Source: Octopus vulgaris (Eukaryota). Taken from it: 64,000 nucleotides of DNA. Each line of letters opens with the position of its first letter. Within the stretch, counting starts at the first letter, position 1. Below the pieces are notes generated by a model that was given only the letters and a program-made list of their open reading frames with translations, ran no database searches and had not been told where the DNA came from. The position numbers and the translations under genes are program-made. The stretch covers positions 208,072,001-208,136,000 of the forward strand of contig OX597814.1 of assembly GCA_951406725.2 (NCBI GenBank), in the 5' to 3' direction. Below, one piece after another: positions 22,690 to 35,332 of this stretch.

Positions 22690-25600
22690 CAAGTACACAA
22701 TTTTAGGGCCGCAATCATCAACGCTGGCACAATGAAGGGGAGATCTGGTAAGATTATCAAAATGATAGAACGTTGCCATATTGATGTGTGTGGTGTGCAA
22801 GAGGTGAGATGGAAGGGGGCCTGTGTTAGATTCCTTTCGAGCATGAAACAGAAGTCCAAATTCTTCTGGGTAGGCAGGAGTAATGGGAGTGGGTATACTC
22901 TTAGCAGAAAAGTAGTTAGATACAGAATTGAGGTTGTCAGAGTATGCGATAGGGTTATTAAGTCGAGACTTATCATAGATAAACAGTTACAATAATCTCT
23001 GCCCATGTTCCACTGGCTGGGCTGCCTGCTGACCAGAAGGACCAATTCTATTAGGTCCGTCTGCACACTACCTCAACGGCAAATGACAAACTTAGTTATT
23101 GTGGCTGGTGACTTTAACGGACATGTTGGGCAACATTTCCGTGGATTTCATGGTGTGCGTGGTGGTTATGACTTTGGCCCCAGGAATGAGAAGGGAACAA
23201 GACTAGTGGAGTTCTGTGACGCAAATGATCACATGACCTGCAACACTAATTTCAGAAAACCAGCCAGCCACTTTTTAGTCTAGTGGCAACATAAGCCAGT
23301 TCGATTGACTCCTCACCAGGCAACGAGATGTTGATGCTCACAAACGTGAAGTCTTTCCTAGATGAAGAGTGTACACCCCAACATAGACTACTAGTTAGGG
23401 ACTTTAGAATATGGGCTGGAAAGACTCGGAGAAATAAACCATACTGGAAAAGATTATGTAAGCTCAAAGACCCAGCAAACCAACAAAAATTTAGAGATAT
23501 TCTAATGATGATAGCGAGGAGGAGGGGACATTGGGAATTTCCTGCAGGACAATTTACTGGTGGCCGCTGACCAAATCTGTGGTCGGTGCAAAGTTAGCCT
23601 AGGGTAACATGGTGGTGGAACAAGGAAGTGGACAGCACTATAAAGGCAAAGAAACAGGCCCAGGAAGACTATAAAAACGGTAGTAGCAGAGCATTATATC
23701 AGGGAAGGGAGGTTAGGCGACAGGTTTACTTAGCAAAAGGAACAGTAGAAGGTAAGAGGTTTGCCAGTGTTCTACAGCGTGAGATGTTCGGGATTGCAAA
23801 GCAGTGAATCAGAGAGAATTGAGATGTGGTGGGTGAGAAATGTGTGTGAATGTAAAATGTTATGCTTGTACTTAGTGACTCAGAGAAGAAAGATGCGTGG
23901 AGATGCCCTTATGAAAGGTTTTTAAATGTGGAGAATGAATGAGAGAAGGTGAGTTTTTCAAATATCGAACCAATTGAGGGACCAGTCATCAGAGTTGATA
24001 GTAATATAATGATAAGGCGATTAAAGATATGAAGGCAGAGAAAGCCCCTGGACCATCGGGTATCACTGCCGAGATGATTAAATTATTCGGCATAGTTAAT
24101 CAGGTTATTCAGGAAGGTGTCATCCCCAAAGACTGCCGTAGTAGTATTATAGTTAGCTGCTACAAGGGTAAAGGTGATGCCTGAGATAGAAACAACATCA
24201 AACTGCTGGACCAAGTCATGAAAATTACAAAGAGAGTTATAGCTTAATTGATTAAGAATAGAATTAAACTAGATGATATGCGGTTTGGTTTTGTTCCTGG
24301 GAGAAGTACCACAGATGCCATCTTCCTAGTGAGGCAGTTGCAAGAAATGTATTTGACCAAAAGTAAGCCATTGTACTTAACTTTCGTCGACCTGGAGAAA
24401 GCTTTCGACAGGGTTCCCGGCTCTGTTATCTGGTAGTTTCTAAGGAAGCTAGGGAGTAGAGGAATGGCTTGTTAAGAGCCGTACAAGCCATGTACAGAGG
24501 TGCTGTCAGTGGGGTGAGAGTCGGCCTTGAATACAGTGATGAATTTAGTGTACAAGTTGGGGTTCACCAGGAATCAGTTCTTAGTCCACTCTTATTCATC
24601 GTAGTCTTCCAGGCCATAACAGAAGAATTCAAAACAGGATGCCCTTGAGAACTGCTATATGCTGATGGCCTCATTCTTATTGCAGAATCTGAAACAGAAT
24701 TAGAGAAGTTCCAGGTATGGAAGCAAAACCTGGAATCAAAGGGCGTTAAAGTTAACGTAGCAAAAACTTAAGTTGTTGTTAGCAAGAAAGCAAACAAGAC
24801 TCTCTTTCTGTATGTAATGGTCCTACTCAATATGTAGGAAAGGGTTGGGAAGTAATTCTATTCGCTGCACTCAGTGTAAGCTATGGACGCCTAAGCGGTG
24901 CAGTGGAATCACAGGTAGATTAACAGATGTCGCTTTCGTGTGTGGCAGATGTGTAGAAACAATAAGCACTAAGAACAAATGAGACTTAGACTCTCTCAAA
25001 TGCCCAGGAGGCTCTCTTGACATAGTAGATAGTTTCTGCTACTTAGGTGACCAAATTAGTAGCGGTGGATACTCTGAAAGTTTTGTTTCTAGAATAAGAA
25101 TAGGATGGAGGAAGTTCAGAGAGCCACCACCCCTGTTGGCAACAAAAGCACCCTTTCTCAGAATGAAAGGTAGATTGTATGATGCTTGTATACGAACGGT
25201 TATACTCCATGGTAGTGAGACATGGACTCTGAATGTGGGGACATGCACCGACTGGATGTGCAAGCTCCGTTGGATGTGCAACATCAGTGTGCATGAACCA
25301 CAAAGCGCAACTGTGTTAAGAGAAAAGTTGGGCATAAGAGGAATTAAATGTAATATGCAGGAGAGGAGGATGCGTTGGTTTGGACATGTGACCGAGTAGC
25401 CATGTATCCCCTCTACAACGGCACACCTGTTTCTGCCCTCAGCTGTATACAGAAGTGCCTGTCACTGAAAGTGGACGGTACCTGTAGAAGAGGGAGACCC
25501 AGGAAGACGTGGGATGAAGTGGTGAGGACCGATCTTAGGATGTTAGGGCTCACGGAGGAAATGACAATGGACCGAGATATCTGGTGATATGAGGTTCTAG

Positions 25601-26770
25601 GGAAGACCCTCCCACATCAGCGAAACTGGGTGCTAGAAGTATTGTGTCCCACCCACATGTAACAAACTTTTCACACACCTTACCCCAAGAAACCGAACTA
25701 TATCTTCTCTTCTAAACTGTATCTTTCTCTTCCTTACATTTCTTCTTCATACACTATGATTGTCTCCCTTCCCTGTCCTACTCACTGTATCGCTCTTTCC
25801 CCCAGCCTATCTTTATACTCAGGTTTTCACCAGTCACTGCAATCTCCACTCCCTACTCGCGTCTTCTTGGCAATACTTGGCCACATATATTATGACCTCC
25901 ATACCTTGAGGGCATGCTTTGGCAATTGCCACCATTTCTCTCTCTTCTTTACTTTGCCATCCCATCTATGCTCTGATCCTTGTTATTTGTGAGTATACCC
26001 TGACACCATCTCTCCAGTTCTCTCTTGCACTTTTGCTGTTTTCCTCCACCCTCTCTCTCTTCCTTCTGGCCGAGTAGCCATGTATCCCCTCTACAACGGC
26101 ACACCTGTTTCTGCCCTCATTCTTGGTAACTCTGTCTCCTCTTGCTTTTACCTCTGGCTAGGTAACCAAGTATCTCTTTTACATCAGCAAACCTATTTCT
26201 GTCCTCTTTCTTGTACCTTTCTTTCTTCCTCTTACTCTCTCACTCTCTGGCCGGGTAACCATGTATCTCCTCTATAGCAAGACACCTCTGCCTCTCCTGT
26301 TTCTTTGTCACACTCTAACCTTTCATCATATGATACACGATCACCTCTTCCTATCCCCTCTCCTCTATAGCAAAATACCTGTTTCTGCCTCTCTGTCACA
26401 CTCTAACCTTTCTTCATTTGGCACAAAATCCCCTCCTCCAATGCCAACACCCCTCTTAAAATTCCTTGTCTTGCAAGTTAATTAGTGACTCTGCCGGTGC
26501 TGGTACCACGTAAAAAGCATCCAGTCCACCCTGTAAAGTGGTTGGCTTTTGGAAGGGCGTTCGGCTGTAAAAAACCATGCCAAAACTGACCTCGCCTGTG
26601 CTGGTGCCACGTTAAAAGCACTGTTCACTCTGTGGAGTGGTTTTAGTGTTAGGAAGGGCATCCAGCCGTAAACAAAGCATGCCAAAACAGACACAGTAGC
26701 CTAGGGTAGTCTTCTACCTGGCCGGTTCCTGTCAAATCGTCCAACCTATACCTGCATAGAAGACGGACAC
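22690..26770 (+). mobile_element. Near full-length decayed RTE(-BovB-like) LINE: APE endonuclease, RT with PHD insert, long 3'UTR
   Basis: Motifs NAGTMKGRS, CGVQEVRWKG, VAGDFNGHVG, FVDLEKAFDRVP, GVHQESVLSPLLF, LHGSETW and RGRPRKTW; many stops and frameshifts. Confidence 0.93.
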
Positions 26771-27541
26771 ACCAACCTACCCGTCGGAGTGTTTTTCACA
26801 CACATTTATTTTTGCAGTACCATGGATATAATGTGGTTGTTATTTATTTTCAAAAAATAACAATACAAAGTCAAGAACCCAAGTAAAACCAAGTGGAAGT
26901 TACATATTGAGATAGCATAAAGTTTGTATGTTTATATATGAGCTGGAGTAACAGGACCTGTCCAGTAGTACTATGACAACAATCAAAATAGGTGACTTGT
27001 CACTATTGAGGATGAATAAATTATCGCTGTAAAATGTAGCTCAATCAGTTAGCGTAGTTTTGTTGTTTTTTTCGCTTGTTTTACTGGCTGTATTCAGCTT
27101 GTTCCGTTGGTAAGGATTGGCTCCACAAAGATGATTTGCTTTAGATACATTACCAAAAGTTTCAGTAGGTTAGGATTCATTGTATCTGAGACCCATCGTA
27201 TTTCCCCTCACCTTAAAATATAATTCTATTCCACGTCACATTAACATACTTTTCATCCTTAATCAATTGACAATTTTCGACATGTACATAATTCCATATA
27301 TGATGAGTGGGAACTATTAAATCTCGTAATTATTAGCTGAAAAAAAAAAGAGAAAAAAAAGAATGAAAGCGGAGTCATCTCAGTGTAATTTGAACGTAAA
27401 ACGTAATATATTCGGAAGTATAAATATCTGTTTATTCATCATACTTGTTTTAATATACATTTGGTGGATCGATTACAAAAAAATAAAGAAATCCAGTTTC
27501 CTTCTCCAATGTCATTTTTTACTTACCACATTTTGGAAGTA

Positions 27542-28480
27542 TCATGGAATTCGATATGAAATTCCTTTTACTTGAATTGTTTCAGACTCAGCATCAATTT
27601 TTCCTTGAGTCATCTCTTTAAGTCTTTTATTAAAGGATTGAGGGAGAGCGCATGATGGTAATTTCCTAGAGTATGTGGTAAATTTGAAGTTCTGGTATTT
27701 CATTTGAGGTACTATATAATCACCAATGGTTGCATCTATTTTTTTCAGTCTCTCATTGATATTCCGATATAGTCTATTTTTTGATCCTGACGATTTTCGA
27801 ATATTTTTAAACGTTGTCACATTTACCCTTGGTTTCACATGAACGTTGACAACATGCATACTCGTGTGGCTTCTGTTTATATGCAATTTCTTTGCGTTAG
27901 AGGAGTTTGAAGGAGGGAGTACACTCTCATTTTTCAAATGTAACTTCTTAAAATCGGACAATATGCCTCCAAATTTACGTTTAAATATCAACAGGTTTGG
28001 CGATGATTGATTTGGATTAGTATTTTCTGCTATTTTTAAAAAGCGCTGATGTAGACTAGGTTTATTAACCGGAATTAGAAGCCGAGGTCTTCTATTTTGG
28101 TTCATCTTTATTTTTATATCCTTTTGATTTTGGTAAATTCCATTCAATGGTATATAATCGTTCGTCTGCGGATTTAGCATACATTTTAGATTATAATATA
28201 TATCAGTTTTGATTTTCTTTTTCTTTAATTTGTTCCCTAACCCACAGGATAAAAAACCAATCGCCGGTTTTAATGTAGAAGCGTTTTCTGGCTCTGTTGT
28301 CGGAAAACGGCTTTTCCATTCCGTTGGAGGTTCGCTTGAAGAATAGTTAACGAAAGAATTTGCTGCTTCAAAAAAAATTGCTGTTTCTTCAAAGCTAATG
28401 TCAAAAAGTGTCTGAATATGTCTAGTAGATTTCAAACATGCTGCTTTGTCAAAAGAAATGGTTTTTCTCCAGCATAACAT
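27542..28480 (-). CDS. Intronless 312-aa Lys/Asn-rich ORF of unknown function
   Basis: 939-nt stop-free frame in AT-rich, non-repetitive DNA; starts with ATG; AATAAA on the minus strand at 27431-27436. No domain recognised. Confidence 0.6.
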   Translation of the reverse strand: MLCWRKTISFDKAACLKSTRHIQTLFDISFEETAIFFEAANSFVNYSSSEPPTEWKSRFPTTEPENASTLKPAIGFLSCGLGNKLKKKKIKTDIYYNLKCMLNPQTNDYIPLNGIYQNQKDIKIKMNQNRRPRLLIPVNKPSLHQRFLKIAENTNPNQSSPNLLIFKRKFGGILSDFKKLHLKNESVLPPSNSSNAKKLHINRSHTSMHVVNVHVKPRVNVTTFKNIRKSSGSKNRLYRNINERLKKIDATIGDYIVPQMKYQNFKFTTYSRKLPSCALPQSFNKRLKEMTQGKIDAESETIQVKGISYRIP

Positions 28481-29541
28481 AGTCGTTATCCCGCGAAAAA
28501 CTAATTGTTTTTTCTTATTCCACTGATTTTAGCTTATTGCAACACAACACAACCGTTAGCGTTTAGAAATAGACAAGTATAAACGCGTTATAAGCTTAAA
28601 ATATCCAAATATTTAAACATGAACGAGTCTCTCTCCAGGTTGAGCTGCTATTTCTCCGCATTGAGATGTCACGGCTCCGGTACAAAGGACATGTGATTAG
28701 AATGTCGCAGGAAAGAATTTCAAGCCAACCGGCAGGAGACCTAGGGTTAAACCAAGGACGAGGTGATTGGATAATATCCATAGTTTCAGTTTGTCATGCT
28801 TGAAAATCCGATCGGAAAGTCTTAAAGACGGTTGCTTCTGATAGGACTTATGGAGGAGGTGCCTGAGGTCTCTAACCCCCGCAGAAATAGCAGGCTAAGA
28901 TGGATGGATAAAGATGATGACCCTGTTTTGAAATACTACTTACAGATATCTGGTTTGGCTTCAAATCATATACGTCGTAGTATTCTCAGTGTTTGTGATG
29001 TGTATGCTAGCTGATTCTGCCAGTCGAACAAACTGAATGTTCTATTTTTCACAACAATCAGAAATCAGCGATTAAACAAAATCAATCAATGAATCGTTAC
29101 AATATTTATTCGAGTACAGGGTTTTGTTTTAGTTCTTTTTCTATATTTACAAACGTAATAACTATAATGCATTCGCGATCAGCATTTGGAATGTGAGAGC
29201 CGTATGTTATTCGAGAACAGTAGTTTGGTTGATATCAGGTCTTTCCCTCACTCTTGTTCGCTGGGGTCATCCCAAGTTAATGGTCTGAGAGATGTCATTT
29301 TGCATAGAGCCTAGAGCCGACCAGGTCCACCACCATAGCTGGCGCTTCCATGCCAGCCACTTTATCCTCCAAGATGACGTCGAGCCTGTGGAAATCTTTC
29401 TTAATTACGTCCAGCCATTAGGTGCAGGGCTTGCCATGAGGCCTCTCCCAGCTTTCAGCTGCTGCATCGAACTAGAATAAAGTCCTAGTAGGGTGATCTG
29501 GCGGGAGGTAGAGGATATGCCTATATTAAATCTGGTCTATA

Positions 29542-29912
29542 TCTTTATATATAAAAGTCAAGTTGTGTGTCTGTCTCCTACGATTTAGATTCCTAACTAC
29601 TCCCACATTTTGCGATGCAGTTTAACCAAAACCGGGTATCTTATAGTCGTGATTCATATCGAGCCCTTCTGGGTATTAGCGCGGGTCTACGATTTAAAAA
29701 AAAATTTACCATAATTTTTTTCCATTTTAATGCATTTTTTCGCTATTATATAAGGGAAGTAACTCTCTAAAAATGTCTACGATGAGTCAACGATTTAAAA
29801 AAAAATTTACCATCATTTTTCCCCCCCATTTTTAATGCATTTTTTTTTAGCTATAACTCTCTAAAAATGCTTATATAGTTATTTCCCTTACAAACCCGAG
29901 CGATACCGCTAG
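29542..29912 (+). mobile_element. Non-autonomous Helitron (3' hairpin partly deleted)
   Basis: a|TCtttatatataaaag ... cccgag-cgataccgCTAG|t. Confidence 0.85.
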
Positions 29913-30750
29913 TTAAGAATAAATTACAAATTTAACGAATGTAATTCCTTTGTGGGCTGATAGACAAAGGGTTAGCAGTTTTTACCTGTCTGCTTATATT
30001 TATTAGCAGAATCTGTACCTTTACATTAGTTTTCTATACAATTCTGCATTGTGGTGCAAAGAATGATCTAGAAGGGTGATTTTTAACCAGGGATACATAC
30101 CCCCACCCCTGGCTGCAGCATATTTGTTTATAGTTTCCGTGAAAGATGTAGATATTAGGGGTGGAGTTTCCACAGAAGTTTCTGTGGATGATTGGGTAGG
30201 ATACACAAATTTAACTGACAAATGTATGATTGTCTTGTAATGCTATTTCAGTTGTGTGTGCTAATTTGAACTTTATAAATATTGACCACTACAAAGTTCA
30301 TAGTTTTCTTCTATCTATCTGTCTAAATACTAAAACTAATATAAAAGATAATCACATGGAAATACGTTTGTCAGACATGGATAATCTATTTCTTGTATGT
30401 GCTGATCTTCAGTTCATCATGTATTTTCTGATTTTATTTTTTTCAAATTCTCTTGAAACTTTTGCCACCTATCATACTCCCAACATCTCATAGCCACCTT
30501 TTCAGTTGAGTGGGGCTCATTAGTCTTGCATGTTTACAGGTGGCTTCACTAGCTGGTGCCTCAAACAATTATACTTGGTGCACTTTGTATAGTAGTAGGC
30601 ATTAGGAATGGCATCAAGCTGTAGAAACTATATCAAAACAGAAACATTAGAATAAGACAGTCTTCCAACTCCTGCCAACATAGGTGAATATCACATGATG
30701 ATGAAAAGTGTTACCTGTTGAATTCACCATTCACTTACTTACAGAGAGCA

Positions 30751-31133
30751 GAAGCGCAATGGCCCAGTGGTTAGGGCAGCGGACTCACGGTCATAGGATC
30801 GTGGTTTCGATTCCCAGACCGGGCGTTCTGAGTGTTTATTGAGCGAAAACACCTAAAAGCTCCACGAGGCTCTGGCAGGGGATGGTGGTGATCCCTGCTG
30901 TACTCTTTCACCACAACTTTCTCTCACTCTTACTTCCTGTTTCTGTTGTACCTGTATTTCAAGAGGCCGACCTTGTCACTCTCTGTGTCACGCTGAATAT
31001 CCCCGAGAACTACGTTAAGGGTGCACGTGTCTGTGGAGTGCTCAGCCACTTACACGTTAATTTCACGAGCAGGCTGTTCCGTTGATTCGGATCAACCAGA
31101 ACCCTCATCGTTGTAACTGACGGAGTGCTTCCA
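30751..31133 (+). mobile_element. tRNA-derived SINE family D (~380 bp)
   Basis: A box TGGCCCAGTGG and B box GGTTTCGATTCCC. Copies at 15259-15619(-) and 20398-20726(+). Confidence 0.88.
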
Positions 31134-31858
31134 TCCACTTACAGCAGAGAGAGCATCAATGACTTCCATTTTGATTCAAAATTTCTCTTCCTAATCCTTA
31201 AGTTAAATCTGCCATCTTCCTGAATTATTCCACCCATCAACTCATCCTGCATTTAGAGGACATGTATCTTAAATCACCACTTAATTTTTCTTGGCAATTT
31301 CAATACACAACTCCTTTTGGCTATCATTCATCTCTTGCAATGCTGTAGATTTAATGGAGAGTTCCAATAATTTCTCACTCTGATTATCACACTCCCATTA
31401 CATCTTATGGCTCTGTATCTCTGACACACTGGCTCTCCAAAACATCTTTCTTTCTTGAATCTAAATTTAGCTTCATCTATCCATCTGATTGACTGTTCAC
31501 TCCAGTTCAGCAATATATTTGGTCCCAGTTGTGTCCCATTATTCTTTATCAGTGCCTTCTTGAGCAAATTCTTTTCCTCCTCTAACTATTCAATGTTACT
31601 TTATAGTGATTTATCGCAACCCAGGGAAATATACAAATGTCTTTCATAGATTTCATCTTGCCAACTGCTCTCTTACTTGTTTCAGTCATTTGACTGCAGC
31701 CATGCTGGAGCACCGCCTTTAGTCGATCAAATCGACCCCGGGACATTATTTCTAAGCCCAGTACTTATTCTATTGGTATCTTTTGCCGAACTGCTAAGTG
31801 ACAGGGACGTAAACATACCAGCATCGGTTGTCAAGCAATGCTAGGGGGACAAACACAG

Positions 31859-31889
<31 letters not shown>

Positions 31890-32764
31890 CGACAGGCTTC
31901 TTTCAGTTTCCGTCTACCAAATCCACTCACACTGCTGTTTAATATTTGAAAAGATAATGGAAACAGTAACAAAGAGTTTCTTGCACTTTCCAGTAACCAT
32001 CAGTACATCCTTTAGAGTCAGATTCTAAAATCAGCTATAAAAGGTCTCTTACTCTAGAACTTCAACACAATGTTATTACCTGACTGCATTAAGTATAAGA
32101 GTCTTCTAGCTATGTTGCTTGTTTGTAAGCTCCATTTTCATCTATCCTACTCTTTAAATCAGAAATTCTTTGACAAAACAGCTTCATCATAGAGTAAGTG
32201 TCAATGTCTCTCCCTCACTATATCAACACTGGTGCGTTTCTGGTCTACTGGCTTTCTTATGTGCTTCCTTCACCAAACTGGTATAATATGGACGGCGGCA
32301 AGCTGGCAGAAACATTAGCACGCCGGGCGAAATGCGTAGCCGTATTTCGTCTGTCCTTACGTTGTGAGTTCAAATTCCGCTGAGGTCGACTCTGCCTTTC
32401 ATCCTTTCGGGGTCGATAAATTAAGTACCAGTTACGCACTGGAGTCGATGTAATCGACTTAATACCTATGTCTATCTTTGTTTGTCCCCTCTTTGTTTAG
32501 CCCCCTGTGGGTAATAAAGAAACAGGTATAATTGCTGTTATACTACTAACCATACACTCCTATATAAATGTGCTGATTTTTCTGTACCTCTAAAATATTG
32601 AACTGCATGCTGTCTTCACTGATTGCTGATCAGTGCACATGACCGGCTTCTTTCGGTTTTCATCAACCATGCAGCCAGACCTACCCTTATATTCTAGAGT
32701 TAAAATTTTAAGCAGAAGAAAAAAAAAAATAAAGAAAAAAGGACAATTTTAGAAAAGAAAATAC

Positions 32765-32770
32765 TTTATT
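32765..32770 (-). terminator. Candidate polyadenylation signal of the prosaposin-like gene
   Basis: AATAAA on the minus strand about 150 nt after the TAA, followed by a T-rich tract. Confidence 0.6.
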
Positions 32771-32922
32771 TTCAAAAGAGAAAGAAATTTCTAAAATATA
32801 AAACTGGATTTGAATGGTGTAATTTACAAAGTGAAAGAATATGTGATATTAAAAGAGACAAAAAGGCAAAAACTAATTAATAGGTTAAGCATTAAAATAT
32901 AAGATTAGGAAATTTAGCTAAA

Positions 32923-32967
32923 TTAAGCTAAAACCTTCAGCTGGTTGGCATCACAAACGTGAAGCAT
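32923..32967 (-). CDS. Prosaposin-like terminal coding exon
   Basis: tttttctttgtag| MLHVCDANQLKVLA*; supplies Cys6 of the last SapB domain. The 13 exons total 1404 nt (467 aa plus stop). Confidence 0.85.
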   Translation of the reverse strand: MLHVCDANQLKVLA

Positions 32968-34933
32968 CTACAAAGAAAAAGAATAAAATAAATTAAATAA
33001 CTTGTCATCTTTAATAATGTTAATTATAAAATAATTCAGCCATACATTGGTATAGGTTAAGTTAAGTTAATTTTTTGGCTCAAAAAGCATGTGGTGTTAT
33101 ATTTTATGTAGATTAATTAAAAAGAAAACTACAAATGTGTTATAAAAATAAAACTGAGCGTTCTCATAGGTATAAGCAAAATATTAATAAAAAAAAAAAG
33201 CACTACATTACAAAATCACTATATATTTATAAATAAAGCAATAATTAATCAATTAAAACAGGGTGAAAATAAATGTAAATATTGGTAGACATTGTAGGTG
33301 AGAATTGTATTATTCACTGAAGAGAAATGCTACATGTTATAACATGTAAATGTACAAACATCTTCAGTGTTAGCTAAAAGTGAAAAAGTCAGCTGACTGA
33401 TAAGTAAGGCCTCACTTGTTAATTTATTAACACCACTAACTCACTGGCACTAAGTGTTTCTTTCTACCTGGGCATCTTTGAACTTAGTAACTGTGCTTCA
33501 CTTCAATTCAAAGTCATTTGATGCAATAATCTCTTGTCATCTTTACAGTCTCTTAACCCTGAAGAACCAGCCTTCTGGAATTTCATTCTTACTCAAGACT
33601 TTGTGGATTCCTATTCTCTCCTCCCATTACAGACAAATAGAAGTACTCCTAAATATATATACTTGCCAAATATTAATACCTGTGGTGTAACATTAGGTGA
33701 CATCAATATTTCATCATTATCATCGTTTAGCGTCCACTTTCCATGCTAGCATGGGTTGGACGGTTCAACTGGGGTCTGTGAAGCCAGAAGGCTGCATCAG
33801 GCCCAGTCTGATCTGGCAGTGTTTCTACGGCTGGATGCCCTTCCTAACGCCAACCACTCCGTGAGTGTAGTGGGTGCTTTTTAGGTGCCACCCGCACAGG
33901 TGCCAGACGGAGCTGGCAAACGACCACGGACGGATGGTGTTTTTTACGTGCCACCGACACGGGGGCCAGGCGAGGCTGGCAATGGCCACGAACGGATGAT
34001 GCTTTTTACGTGCCACCAGCACGGAGGCCAGTCGGGGCGGTGCTGGCAACGGAAAATAAATGATATGTTGAAATTGCTTTGAGATACATCAAAAAGTAGA
34101 GTTTTTACTTATTAACAAGTGACCAGGAAGTTCTAACATTTGGGATTTTCAATAAATTCTACATTTGCTGGAACAGAAAAATGTAAAGTTTATATTTTGT
34201 AAGGAAACCCAAGTTAACTTTCTTGAGATGTAATTTATAAGTTAACTTTGGATTCCTTAATGACAATGTATCCTTCATATAACTGAGGTATCCTCAGCTT
34301 GATGAGTAACTGGTGGAGTACCCCTTGAGTAATTATTTACTAACTAAGTAATGCACACCTGAGTCCTACATGTTATAACATGTAAATGTACAAACATCTT
34401 CAGTGTTAGCTAAAAGTGAAAAAGTCAGCTGACTGATAAGTAAGGCCTCACTTGTTAATTTATTAACACCACTAACTCACTGGCACTAAGTGTTTCTTTC
34501 TACCTGGGCATCTTTGAACTTAGTAACTAAGAAACATGTAGCCTGGATACACACACTAGCAATGCATACGGGTGTTGCCCAGGTGTTATGATCTACAGCC
34601 ACACTGTATTATTTGTTCCTTTACGGGCACAATCAGCACAGCTGGGAATGGTGGACTGGATTACAGGCATAATGGAAGTTATTGGTTTGTTTAAAAGTGA
34701 AGGGAGAGAGTACAATTTGCATGTGTTTACATGGTTTGTGATCCATCGTAAGAACAGAAAGCACCTCCATGCATTGTTTCATCATAAAAAAGCTAAAACA
34801 ATGCAAGCTATAAGAAATAATTCAAGTCAATGGTTTGAACTTTCATCTTGTAGTTCAACTGTCAATTTGTATTTCGTATAACTTGCAATGCTTTGGCTTA
34901 AAAAATATAAATAAGATAAATATAAAACATTAA

Positions 34934-35332
34934 CCCTTTCGTTACTGTATTTATTTTGAGATGCTCTGTGTTTCTTTCAATTACTTTTACCCTTTAGTGT
35001 TCAGATTAATATATCAAAAGTAATCCTTATTTATTTACATTTTTTAAAATGAATCTGGTATTATCTCGTAGCTTCAAGAGTTGAAAGTTGTAATTGTTTT
35101 TTTAGAATGACATTGCAGGGTAGGTGTGAGACACTGGTTCTGGCCAGTTTGAGCATAAAATGAGTAGAATATTTGGGCCAGATACAGGGTTAAATATAAC
35201 AAAGAATTTAGTAAAATAATTTAGTTATCATTCAGCTGGTAGTTAGGAACATAATTTTGAACAAGGTTTGGTGGAAGATTTTAATTCAAAACTTATGAAA
35301 ACAAGACTTCAGCCGGGTTGGTAACAAAAGAG
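34934..35332. mobile_element. piggyBac-type MITE with another TTAA-type MITE nested at 34990-35189
   Basis: Outer body matches 52986-53197; the insert sits at the internal TTAA that is empty at about 53038. Confidence 0.8.

Noticed and set aside
30751-30825. tRNA gene
   Set aside because: The tRNA-like head continues into a multi-copy SINE body and lacks a proper acceptor stem; the same holds for SINE-A and SINE-B heads.
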